Source: Schizochytrium sp. TIO01
Lineage: Eukaryota; Protista; Bigyra: Labyrinthulomycetes
NCBI GenBank assembly: GCA_004764695.1
Contig: SMSO01000035.1
Coordinates: 744,001 to 808,000 of the forward strand
Reading direction: 5' to 3'
Length of the DNA stretch: 64,000 nucleotides
The translations under genes were made by a program, and so were the position numbers. Shown here piece after piece: positions 1 through 12,798 of this stretch. The notes beneath the pieces were generated by a model that had not been told where the DNA came from, ran no database searches, and saw only the letters and a program-made list of their open reading frames with translations. Position 1 is the stretch's first letter; each line of letters begins with the position of its first letter.

Positions 1-1134
1 GACAACCCATTTTTTTGCCGTTCTCCATCAACAGACACAAGAAACGTTGCTTGCGCAGTCTGCTCAAACGACAGCAATGTCATATTGAATTAATGAGTTG
101 ACACCGGGTCAAGAATGCTGTTTCAGAACACTTTGTTGTACACAGACGGAAATGTCTCAATTGCCCACACGACAACACATTGTTGGAGCAGTGCGCGGTT
201 TAGACTTCTATTTATCCATAGCAGTCCAATCCTACAGAGAATGTGTCGACTCGCCAAAATTAAATGTGTGCAATTTTTTTAATCATGCCTACTAAATATC
301 TCTACTAGAAAAAGTAATAACTTATTGGCCCAAAGTTGAAATTAACCACTTCTAGTTGACAGAGAGACCGTCGCAAAGTTAGTTAAACGGCCTAGAACCT
401 TTACATGCCCCCACTCGACTAGCAAAGCATCTGTCTGGCTGGGTCGTATGAAGTCTTCAATATCGTATCCATCCTCGGCAAATTTTTCCTCATATAGAGA
501 AACCATCATTCTTCTACACATGAATAAGTTTGATATAAAGTGGTAATCTAACCTCAAAACCCCTAAATTTCACGACAACAGGCTTTAGCGAAGAATCGCG
601 CTGATAGCTGGCATCACTATCTCGATATAACCAAATGTGCCTTGAAGGCTGCAGCGGGAGTAACTTTTGCAGGAGGGATTTACTCCATTGCACAGGACAT
701 TGCAAGAAGCCAGCAAACCTCTACGCATTTATGATGTGCTGGTTTTACCACAATTATGATATATTTAGCCAACAGGTAGTCACTTTTTGTCTTTGATCAA
801 GGCATAGTTTCTCTCGGTCAAACATGTACCGCAACAGGATCTAGTCATCCATGAAATTGAATTCCTGCATTTTAAAATGTGGCTTCTTATTATTAGAAAC
901 CGTATCCCATATAACTCTTTTATTGCATAATAAACATTTCCGGTAATATTTGATAATGGAGTACACCAGTCACTTTTTTCAAAGGATCAGTATTTTGGGG
1001 ATTTTACACCTTTCGAGTTTTGTCTGTATGTGTTCATTTGAAAGGCTCTCTGTCGACAATACAGCTCTTTCATCCATCTTAGGCGCATGATAGATGGCTC
1101 CTCTTAATGCTACGTTGCTAAGCAAAGCTAGCTT

Positions 1135-1899
1135 ATGCCATCCAATTTGCATATGACATTTGCAGTGCCGTTGCCAAACAAAACCGAAACGACTCATCGA
1201 TATCTTACAGCTATTGATCATCGCAAAGTTGAGCGTCTGCATCGACAACTGCGCTTTAAAGGAGCGCTGGCGTGTTCAGGTTTCGACAGGCGAATATTTA
1301 TTGCTATTATGGCAGCGCTCCCAGGAGAAGTACGTGCCAGTGGTGTAGAAGAAACCATTTGGGAAAGTAAGACTGCAGCCAGCAACAGACATTTGGGCCA
1401 AAATCAGATGCATTCAAATGTGGCGTTACGTGAAGAACCTGCCCAAGGAATCGCAAACGTTTCATTCACAGGTGAACAGGATCAACTGCACAGGCGAAAC
1501 AAGCTTCAGTCATTAGCTATTGAGGATCAGCAATTTCTGGAGAAGAAACTGCTTCCTGACAAGATGAGCAATACTTCTAGCCTCGAAGCAAGTTCTGCCA
1601 AGCAAACAACATTGCCGTCGTTGTCAGATAATAGAGGAAAGCAGCAGGCTCTTTCGAAATCCCAATCAGGCGCCAGAAGAACCTCGAACATGTTAGCAAC
1701 ACTCACTGGGCGGACAAATCTGCGCACGAAGTCTTGCCAACCTAGGACAACACCAAAACAAACGTCGTTGATGGTGTTGCCTGCTTCGACACAAAAAAGC
1801 ATCGTAGCAAGGAAGAAGGCAGCGTTTGCTTACGATGACCAAGATGAAGATGAAGAACTTCTTCCGTCCAATAGCTACTTTTGGAAAGTATGGCACTGA
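1135..1899 (+). CDS. Hypothetical protein, 254 aa, low-complexity C-terminal half
   Basis: Longest non-repeat ATG-initiated ORF in the first 16 kb. No recognisable domain. Confidence 0.3.
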   Translation: MPSNLHMTFAVPLPNKTETTHRYLTAIDHRKVERLHRQLRFKGALACSGFDRRIFIAIMAALPGEVRASGVEETIWESKTAASNRHLGQNQMHSNVALREEPAQGIANVSFTGEQDQLHRRNKLQSLAIEDQQFLEKKLLPDKMSNTSSLEASSAKQTTLPSLSDNRGKQQALSKSQSGARRTSNMLATLTGRTNLRTKSCQPRTTPKQTSLMVLPASTQKSIVARKKAAFAYDDQDEDEELLPSNSYFWKVWH

Positions 1900-2521
1900 C
1901 GATTTGGATGATGTTATTTATGTGAGTGAGGTGAGTTAAGGTGGAATTATACATGAAACCTGGGCAATTCGTAGGGAGCAGCGAGGGTGATTATTCCATT
2001 CCATGTTTGACCCTAAACCTAAGCTTTAAAAGGCGCCAATTCAATTAAAAATAAGAATAACACGAGATGGCCACACCGATACAAAGATTCCTAGCCAATT
2101 TGTGCATTGAAATGAAAATAACATGGACTTTAATCCTTGTGTGATCTTAAAAACCCATAAGCATGTGATATGATTGAATCCATTTGCTCATGTTGCCAAT
2201 TTTCTTCCTGCATTTGATCGCGCATAACTCTAAAACTTGCAGTGGAGCGCGAAAGATTGTCTAGCGAACACGACGTTAATGAAAACAAGATATTAATTTT
2301 ACTCCCTCCTGCAGATTGTCTTTACTTGGCAGGCAGAGAGAAATCCTTGAAGATTTAGAGGTGGTCGACGGTGTGTCTATTAGAAACTAGCTTGATATAT
2401 TATTCCCGATAGTATGATATTCCTTGATGCGGTAGCTCAATAGGAATATCTGAGATAATGGCTTTAGGTGATCACTAAACTGTTTTCACCTTTATCAGAC
2501 GAAGCATTACATTATGTATTT

Positions 2522-2526
2522 TTCTT

Positions 2527-2557
<31 letters not shown>

Positions 2558-2600
2558 TTATTATTATTATTATTAGTACTACTACTAGTAGTAGCAGTAT
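2522..2600. repeat. Compound trinucleotide microsatellite (TTC)n(TTA)n(TAC/TAG)n
   Basis: Read directly from the sequence. Confidence 0.9.
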
Positions 2601-4248
2601 CTTAAGATGGTAATTGAAACTCTACGTCTATTTTTTAATGCTGAAATTTTATTTTACCTAATTTTCTACTTTAAAAAAATAATTACAAGTTTTGATCGTT
2701 TTCTTTCTCTTTTTATTACTGTAATAATAACATGATAATGATAATAGTAAAACAATTTTTAAAATATGATACTATTATACTATTTTTTTACTGGGCCTGT
2801 TCTTATTTTTCTGAAAAAGGGTAAAAAGCGCCTTTAAAAGTCTATTAGAAGCGTCACTAGGCATCGTCAAGAAGCCAATTTGAGGGAAACAGCACTCGGT
2901 CCAACAAGTAGGCCTGGTTCCGCTCCAGGGACGAATACTTCAACGCCTTTATTTACTTAGAGAAAACGCCAGCTGGTGCCTATCAAGATCAAGGCATTTC
3001 ATGTTACATACATAGTGGGAATTTCTCTTCTTCTTTATAAAAAAAAAGAGAATCGACCTTGGCCTTTGTTTGGCCTTGGGCCGTGGTGGAGTTTGGCGAA
3101 GTGGTCTCTTTTGCATGACCACACTAACCTTGGCTCTGCGTTCCTGCCAAATCTGAAGAGACATCGTTCTAAATGCGTAATTCTGATTCTTGCTGGAAAG
3201 TCACTTTAACCAGGATCAAACACCTATACATAATAGGTACTAGCTTCATCTATCAACTATTGTTGCCTGATTACTCTCACTCATACCAATTGGTTGACAT
3301 TGATCGAAGGCATCTCAAACAATCTCTCATTCATTGGCTCAGGCCGCAAGTAAGAATTAGTTTGTTTCAGTGACACGCTCGTTGGCGTGCCTCAAGTATT
3401 GCTTTGCTTTTTTCACTAGCTCCATTTCCAGTGGATCAGGCCCTTCGCTTCTTTATGAAGGCCCTAGGAGGTACCTATTGAACTGCATACACCCTGCAAA
3501 GCCAGAAAGTAAGAAGCGGGAAGCTCGCATTTCTTTTTACCACTTATACTTATTCAAAAGAAGGACTTGAAGAAAATGTTCAAGATTTTTTTTTTAACAA
3601 AGGTATGTAATCTTCTTTTTTCTTTCTCTTAAAAAAAATAATAATTAAATATTAAAAGAAGAAATATTTAATGGAAAAGTGCAAATTAGCATGCAGACAC
3701 AACTGCATAACACATTAGTACCTGGTGGTGTCGAAGTTGAGAATCATCTTTCCGTCGTACTTAATAATACTGTTGCCGCCTTTATCAGCGAACCCCGCAA
3801 GCTCAGACGAAGGGGATTCCTGACTCAGTAGTGCGTAGGTTATGGCGAATGCCTTTACTGACAGCATGAACCAGTCCTTTACCAGCTCAAGCGATGCAGA
3901 TCCTTCCATGTAGGTCCGTACTTCTTGTCGTCTTGAGCGCTTTAATTCGTCCGTGGACACTGATGCTTTTCTGCTCATTTAGAAGAAAAAAATAAAATTC
4001 ATTGATTGGTCGGTTTAGTTTTGAGAGAGGTACGTATATATGTATCCCAATCTATTTTCTCTGATCTACGGGAGTGCTCGGAAAGAAATAGGTAGCGCAA
4101 AAGGCCATCTCACCGAGCGTGTAAAGGCCGGCATCTTCGCATCGTGACTCGCCAAAGGACCGCCAGCCAACCATTCTTTCCACGCGCGTCCAGACTTCAT
4201 GTGATTATAAAACTACTCTCGTTTATCAAGAAAGACACACAGATAGAG

Positions 4249-4450
<202 letters not shown>

Positions 4451-6958
4451 ACCTGTATCGTGAAACGAAGCATCCCTCGGGAGGTCTCGTGGAGACCACC
4501 GTGGACCAGACAGACAGTCAGCGGGCCAGTCAGTGCAAACAAGCAAAGACCAACTGCGATCGCGCCAGTCTACAACCTCGAAACCCCTGACGCGGAGGCG
4601 CAGCCGAAGCGCGGTGCGGCCACGGGACCAGAGGTCAGCTTTCGGCTTTTTGTGCTCTTGAAAGTAAGGCCGTCATCGCCTCCTAAACTCCTAAAGAGGG
4701 AGCCAAGCAGAGCTAAGCAGAGCTAAGCAGAGCTAAGTAGAGGAAAGCAGGCTGAGAGAGAGATTCACTTCGCTTCGTGAGTGAACTTGAAGAGATCCTT
4801 CGCGCACCTCCAATTTCGAGTTGCGCAGACTCTAACGAGCAAAAGACCGGCGAGCCTCCAGCCCCAGTGAGGCAGGAGGCTTACGTAGGTAGGTCGGTAA
4901 ACTAGATTGATAGATCGATTGCGACTCGAATTGGTGGGTCCGCGTGTGTACCGTTGTGAAGGTGCCATTGAGGGCAGACTGAATAGCCGCGGCGCTGCAC
5001 TGTGAGCCGAGTTCAAAAGGAGGTCCAGACAGGTCCAAACAAACTCAAGCAGGGATTTGAAGTCGAGACACAGACGAAGAGTGGAGGCTGGTGCTTCTCA
5101 GGCCCACCATCGATCGCAACTCGCTGCACACGAAGAGTTGGTCAGTTGTTCGTTCAGACAAGCGCGGAACTCGCAGACCTTGCTTGCTGCCTCTTGAGAG
5201 CTATAGCTGTCTATGGCTGGCCAGCTGGCTTCTGATCATGAAAAAACGAACCTCATCCGTAATCTTAGGGTCTCGGTGTTACTTATAAACTGCGAGGGCC
5301 TTCTCACGCTACGCTAAAGCGGGTGAGTTGACCAGGCTTGCGAAACGCTGCACTCGGGGCTCCTTGCTTGCTTGCTTGATTTCTGCTCGGAGGAGGTGCC
5401 TCGGGATGCCCCAGCCAGCCCCAGCCAGCTCACCGGCGGCCAGGAGGTGGCTAGCTCTGGTCGCCCCAAGCTCAGAGCCACGTTCCCGGCTTTGTTTGGC
5501 CTTCCCGTCCTTGCGCGAGACCATGCGGCGCTTCTCTCGTTTTTCAACATTTAGAAAAAAAGAGAAAGAAAAAACTAGATAGTAGCTGTAGCTAGCTAGC
5601 TAGCTATATGTCAGCCGTGGTTTCCTAGGAAAGCGTGCCTAAGCAACTGGATGGATAATTTCGTCACTCTGTTCGGAAACGCGGAGAAGCGGAACGACCG
5701 AATAGACTCGCTTCTGCACCACGTGTAGCTTAAATTACCTTGCTCAAATGCCAGGATAAACAAGTAACCAGGAGAAACATGAGGTACGCATTCTTTGGGC
5801 GACGAGTGATTGTTTGGCTTGAGTTTTCACCTCCCCAAGCAAAACGATTTTCAGTTATTATCTCTGGCTCTTAGTGGGTGAGAGAAGGAGGGTTAATAGG
5901 TACTAGGTTCTACCTAGCGAGAGATTCTTCTTCAGGTTGTGGCTCCAAGTTCGCTTTTTAATCTTACTTCTATTCATCGGTTTTAAAATCCTTTTTTTAA
6001 AGGTTCTTTTCTCAGAAGATGCCTATATATACTAACCAGTGACTAACTAAAGCATCTATCTACTCTACCCTTGTAGAAGTGTCATGGTTAATCTAATTAC
6101 CAATTTTTTAAATGTATGTTTTTGTTTTTTAACAAATTAAGATAAATAAGACAAAAAGAAAGATTTTTAACAAATTAACATCTTCCTTTCCAATGGAAAA
6201 CAAGAAGACAGCCTGAGTTGGTGTTCTTATTTTTCAAGTTTATTAAAAAAATTATTTACGTGTAGGTGGTGAAGTATTTTTATTTTAAAAACTAACTATC
6301 TACGTCAAAACTCCCTAAGCTGTCCTCAAATTGCTCTACGTGCCTAATCTAATACTAAGGCCGAGACGGTGAGCACGTGGCCAGCCACAGTGACGCCTCA
6401 AATTCGACGCTTCGCAACGACCATGATCAAGAGCCAGCCAGGTGCATCGTTTTAGACGGCGGAGGTGTTTCGGACCATCGTAGTCTCCTTGGCTCCAAAT
6501 CGAGTCTGTGAAGATTCCGTCCTGAGGAAGGCCTCCTTGCGCCTAGCTAGCCAGGAGAGCTGCAGCCAGGCAACCAGGCAGACGGCGAGAACGCAAGAAG
6601 GCAGAAACGCAAGAGATCAGAGGACGTCCTCGTCGAAGATCCCGGCCAGCTCCTAGCACCCCCGAGCTCCACTCCTGAGTCTGGCTGCCTAGCTGGTTAG
6701 CGAGGAGGAGGAATGGCACGCCGCTTTGGAGCGAGCTCGCCTCGAAGAAGCCCTCAGACGCGCGTGCCGATCCTTGGCATTCAGAGTCCCTGGAGTTAGT
6801 TAGTTCACGGCGGCGAGACAGATGGAACCTAGCCAGCCAGGGGAAGAGGCTCCAAGACAGCAGGGTACTCGTCATTCAAAGCCTCATTGGGAGAAGGATG
6901 CGTCGCTTCCGAGAGCAGACTTGGCTTGGCTCGAGCGACCTTCCTCGAGTCGATTGAA

Positions 6959-7147
<189 letters not shown>

Positions 7148-7945
7148 GTGGCGGTGAGCGCATCGCCTCTCTTGGGTTACGGGTTACTCGAGGTCAATGA
7201 TGCAGGGGTGGAAAGCCTCTTCTGATCAAAAAAGTCTGAAAAGGGAGCGCAGTGAAAGATTTGGAAACAAGCGCGTGAGTTGAAGTGAGAAAATGGGTGA
7301 GATTCCTCAACAGCTCTGGCTCTGAATTGCCCTTGCGACTTTCCTTTTCCTTTTCCTTCTTTCAAATCGCACACACACTGTGTGTAACAGCCACGATTTC
7401 AAGCAAGGTCAGTCAGTCAGTCAACGAGCCGTGGATCTGGCACGAGCGCACAACGGCACCTTTGGCCTGTGGCCGAGCCGTGATTCTTCAGCTCCCCGGC
7501 CTACTACCCTACTGGAAGGAAGAGCCAGGTCTCGCAGCCCTCTATATATCAGCGCGATATATAGCTGGCTGCCAGAGCAAGCAAAGCAAAGCAGAGCAAA
7601 GCAATTCATGGCATGAACTTTCCAGGTCAACTCACATCAATCCGCAGCAGCGGACCCCAAGTTTCCCTGTCTGACGTATGAATCGCTCACTGTCTTGTGA
7701 CTGTGCGGGCACCCGCACTCCCTGCTGCTACTGCTGCTGCTGCTGCTAGTGCTAGTGCTAGTGCTGGTGGCGGTGGTGGCGGAGACGACGAGGGAGCCGC
7801 TCGCGGATCTCAGATCTGCGAGGCGATTCCTGGCTCTTCGGGAGCGACGCGAGGCTTACAGAGGAGGTGGAGGAGGAGGAGGAGTGGGTTGCCCAGGGGG
7901 CGATTCGCGACGAGTGGCTCGGAGCATTGGCCAACGGACGGATGG

Positions 7946-7946
<1 letters not shown>

Positions 7947-7985
<39 letters not shown>

Positions 7986-8072
7986 GAGGCGGCGTTGGTG
8001 TCCTCTTCTTCTCTCTGCTTGCTCGTTTGTTTGTTTGTTTGTTTGTTTGTTTGTTTTGTTTGTTTTGTTTGT
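7947..8072. repeat. (CT)n and (GTTT)n microsatellites
   Basis: Read directly from the sequence. Confidence 0.85.
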
Positions 8073-11025
8073 TGTGGGCTGTTGTGTACAGCTAAAATCG
8101 TCTCTAAAAGCAATGGTCCTCGAGACTCTTGCAGAAAGCCGAACAGGCTCGTGCCAGTAGCAGGGGACAACTTTTCTTCATTAGAAAATAAAACGGCACA
8201 ATACAAAACACCTAATGTACTACTACTACTACTACCTGCGATTGTACCATATGGTATGGTACTAGTTGTACTAGTTGTACTAGTTTTATGTCTCTTTTCT
8301 TTTTCTTTTACTCTTTTTTCGCCCCACCCGAGTCGTCCCGCTGGCACGTTCTTTGTATTTTAAATTGATTTTTGACGTAAAATAAGTTCTTCTTTATTTT
8401 ATTTCTTTACTAATATTTTTTATCTGAAAGATTAATTAAATAATTCTCCAAGGACCACCCCAGATAAATTATGTTTACCTCTTTTTAACTGAAAATTAAA
8501 TGAAAGTCAACTTATCATAATAAATTGGAATCAAGTTTTTTAAATTAATGTAGAATAATTTTATTTTAAAATATATATTTACATGAATCTCTTGAGTCTC
8601 CAAAATTGAATTGATTCATCTCTCGTGAAAGACCGCACTTTGGAGAACAGTGAATTATATTTTTGCTGCTTTCTTTTCTTTTCTTTTCTCTTTTTTAAAA
8701 ATCATATGTACAATAAATAAAAGAACAAACTCTTCATTTTAAAAATAAAAAATAAAAATCATATTTCTATTTCACCAAATCAAAGAAGTCTCTACAAGCA
8801 GAGTTTTCGTTCATTACTCACAAAACCCTAGAAGCTAGACATAATAGCACGAAGCGACGGTTGAGCTGCAATATGTCGCAGAAGAAGATGCAACGTCTGC
8901 TTAACCCCAATTGCCTCTTAGCACCTACCTATCTAGGTACCTACCTCTGCTACCATCCACCCAAACAAATTTCGCTGGTTTTAAGGTGAGGGGTATCCTC
9001 ACTCGTCCTTTCTTCATTCAAAGCTTCCTCTCTCTTCCTCAGCGCCCTTTCGAGCAGCCGATTGTCTGTCAATCAGACTGTTTCTTGACTGTCTGTTTGT
9101 CTGTTTGTCTGTCTGCTTTGCTCTCTGCCATGGCAAAGAGGTTTTTGGCTGCGCTCTGACGACGTGCAAAACGCAACGCCATCGGCAACAACTTTGATAT
9201 CTAGATGGTATCATTAGCCATTGTGCAGCATATTATTAGGTTCTTGTTCTCTTTCCTTTGTCGGGGTAGTAAAATATAAATATTTTTATTTATTTATTTT
9301 TAAAATTGGTGTGTCAAGATCTTGAATATGTTTTTTCTTTTCTTTTTTTCGTTTATTTTTAAATATAAAAAAAAAAAACTTTCTTTTTAAATTAAGTAAT
9401 AAACTTAGTGCACTAAGTTCCTTACCTACTCAACCCTTGGAATTCCTTCTCTCCCCCAACCACTCAGCTGCAAAACATGCATTCTACTTGCTTGGGAGAC
9501 CCTTTTTATTCAAAAATCAGGAGCTACCATTCTTCGACGCCCACTCTCTCACAACCGTACAACCTGCGCAAGAAACCGACGTATCACGTTTGTAGAGGCG
9601 AATAAATTAAATGGACTTGCATGCGCTTGAAGAAACCAAATGCCTCTATTCTTCAAAACCGGTAATGAATCTCAACGTTTAGAATCGGATTATTTGCACA
9701 ATCACTCTTTTCCGTTGTTTAACCCCATGTCAACTGTTCGGGCCAAATGATTTTAGCATGCGAAATTGTTAGACAACAGCAAACCCAAAGCAATAGACCT
9801 GCTTGTTCAACATCGCCTGCGACTGGCGAAGAGTGAAGATTTGCAAAGGCACGCGTCGAAATCAAGCAACATTCTCACAGTGCGAAGAAAGTTAAAAAGC
9901 CATGCGAAGAAAGTTAAAGCCATGCCACTACCCAATTTTCATTAAAGTTAGTTATAGTTTCACTTTGGAATGAGTGGTTTCAAATGCAATTTTGTCGCTA
10001 CCAATGAAAACTTGCAGAAAGGAGAATAAGTTAGAGTATCAATGAGCAAACAAGTGAGCATCAGAACAGTTTCCGTGCACCTAAAACGGTAACTTTCCAA
10101 GCATTGTCTTTTTCAACAAAAAAAAATAAAAAATAAAAAGGATGTCACAGAGAAGGGTGCATTATGGCGAAATCCCCCATTGGTTTTCGAGACTGATATG
10201 ATTATTATGCCCGTGATGTTTTCGAATGTTACTGGTCCTTTTTAGGTAGTTGGTTCCGATGATAAAAGTACAAAATAAGCACAAGGCATTCTCGACATTA
10301 TGACGTTCTCTGTCTGCAAGAAAGCAAAGGTGGCAAGATGCAGTAGTGTCATTGATACGAGTTTCCCGGGGGTCGACACCTTCAACAAAATGTATGCGTG
10401 CCTAGGTGCTTACTCTACAGTGTATAGGCGCACTTCTCTTCAATTCACGTGGCCATATACCAAAAGACCAAAGCTCTTTTTCTACGAGGCCGTTTTCACT
10501 TATTTTTCTTTAGTCTTTTATAGAATAAGAGACCAACCAAAACCAAGTTAAGCACTTCCTTGGCTGCTTGAACTTTCCGGCATCTTACTTCAATGAATGG
10601 TATACCGCCTTGTTCCACATTGCGATCTGGAAACAAGATGAATTGGCGACGCAAGAAGTGCGAAAATATTAGCGAGGGACTCAAACCCATGCCAACAGAC
10701 CCTCCGACATTGCATAGCGACTCAGGAGCTGCCCAAAGCAAGAAGCAAGAAGCAAGCAAGCAAGCAAAAAAGAAAGAAAATCAGCAAGCGAAGTTGTTTT
10801 GTTCCTAACCGCCAGAGCAAGCTAAAACTAAATGTACAAAGCTAGGCTTTCCACCAAGTGTGGCGATTTTGCATCGATCGATGCGAATTAAGGAAGCGAA
10901 ATTCAACGAATTAAGCAGATGGTTTGCAGAGGTGGTCAACAGACGCACAGACAGCGCCATCACTGGTGCTGGTTGATCGATCGATCGATCGGTTGACCGA
11001 TTGACTGACTGAATGAATGAATGCA

Positions 11026-11205
<180 letters not shown>

Positions 11206-12663
11206 GGCTATATCTGAGCATCGATCGCTCAATCACTCGCTCAGTCACTTCAGACAGCAACATCTCTTCCCCAGGAAGCAAGAGCGCAGCCAACACCTTT
11301 CTCGCAACTCCTGTCGCAACTCCGGCAAGCACTGGTAGTAGACGCTAGCAAGCCAGTAGCAGTCGCCAGAATGCATGTGCTCTGAAGCGACGAATCGAAG
11401 AAAAGTACTGCGAATTAGAGAAAAGGTTCAAGGAAGGCAAGAAGAAGGACCGACAGAAACTTGCGAACGGAGGTCTTCTCCCGTCCTCCTAAAGCTGAGC
11501 GTACCCGTCGTCATCAGTCATAATCACAGCGGTATCATGCATGCTCGGACGTCCCAAGCGCCCCAATCATGCTCACGCGAACTCGCTCAAGCCTCCCAAT
11601 GACTGACTAGCTATACCTGACTAATAAACTGCCTAACTAGATGACTCTAACTTTACTTTTGGATTGCCAGGGAAGTTTTGTTCTGTTTACAGGGAAAAAA
11701 GAACCTCTTCAAGTTGGTAGTAAGTGACACGGTACCTTTTTTCTTTTTCCTTTTTTTCTTTTTCTTCCAGGTAGTTCTTTATTTCATTAGAAATAAATAA
11801 AAAATAGTTTTTCATTGAATAATCATAACTATTTTGTTTCTCAATCATAGACTTCCTCATAGGAACCACCTACACGATATAAGCTATTCATTCTTAGATA
11901 TGTACTAACTAATACTTTTTTCAGTCTTCGTAACTACTAGTACTACCTACTATGTAGTATGCATGCAACCAATCAGAAGAGCTTGGATAAAAACGAGGGC
12001 CCCGCATTGACTGACGTACCTTCTTCTTCTTCGATGGAGCATCCTTCTGAGCGCCCACTGATGAGGACCTATCAGACATTCTTGAGTCGTCCAGCAGATG
12101 TTTAGTAAGCGAGTGAGCGGAAAATAAGCAGTAGAGAGCTCAGCTCAGCTCATCAGCTCAGCTCAGCTCAGCGTCCGCGCAAATCCTGAGTGGAAAAGAA
12201 GAGCACACCTACGAACCAACCAACTAACTAACTAACTAACCAACCAACTAACTAACTGACTGACTGATTGATTCTCTGACTAGCTAATAACTAGGAGGTA
12301 TGTGAAGGTACCGACAGAGTGGTGGTATGGGCGATAGAGAAGGTAAAAGGGAAACTAGCAATGGTATTTTTAATGTTAGACCGAGAAGAGATCTCTCATC
12401 AAGCCGCGTGCAAAGTAGAGCATTCCAGACTACTAAGCTATTGACCAGCGATCATGACTAAACCCCCTTTGCAAGCCAAGAACCTCCAATTAGCTAATTT
12501 CAGGTTTGAATTCTTTGGCGCAGGCAGGCAAGCAGAAGACGAAGTAGTCTTACTTTTTCTTCTTCTTGCTTAGTTAACCGATCTAGTTTTATTTCTAGTT
12601 CCTTTATCTGTTTTTTCTTATTTCTTTGTCAGCTTTAAACACTATCTCAGTTTTTTAAAATTA

Positions 12664-12798
12664 TTTACTTTACTTTACTTTACTTTACTTTACTTTACTT
12701 TACTTTACTTTACTTTACTTTACTTTACTTTACTTTACTTTACTTTACTTTACTTTACTTTACTTTACTTTACTTTACTTTACTTTACTTTACTTTAC
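12664..12798. repeat. (TTTAC)n pentanucleotide microsatellite
   Basis: Read directly from the sequence. Confidence 0.95.

Noticed and set aside
9402-9419. Perfect 18-bp palindrome aacttagtgcactaagtt
   Set aside because: Isolated in AT-rich DNA, with no second copy or associated element seen.
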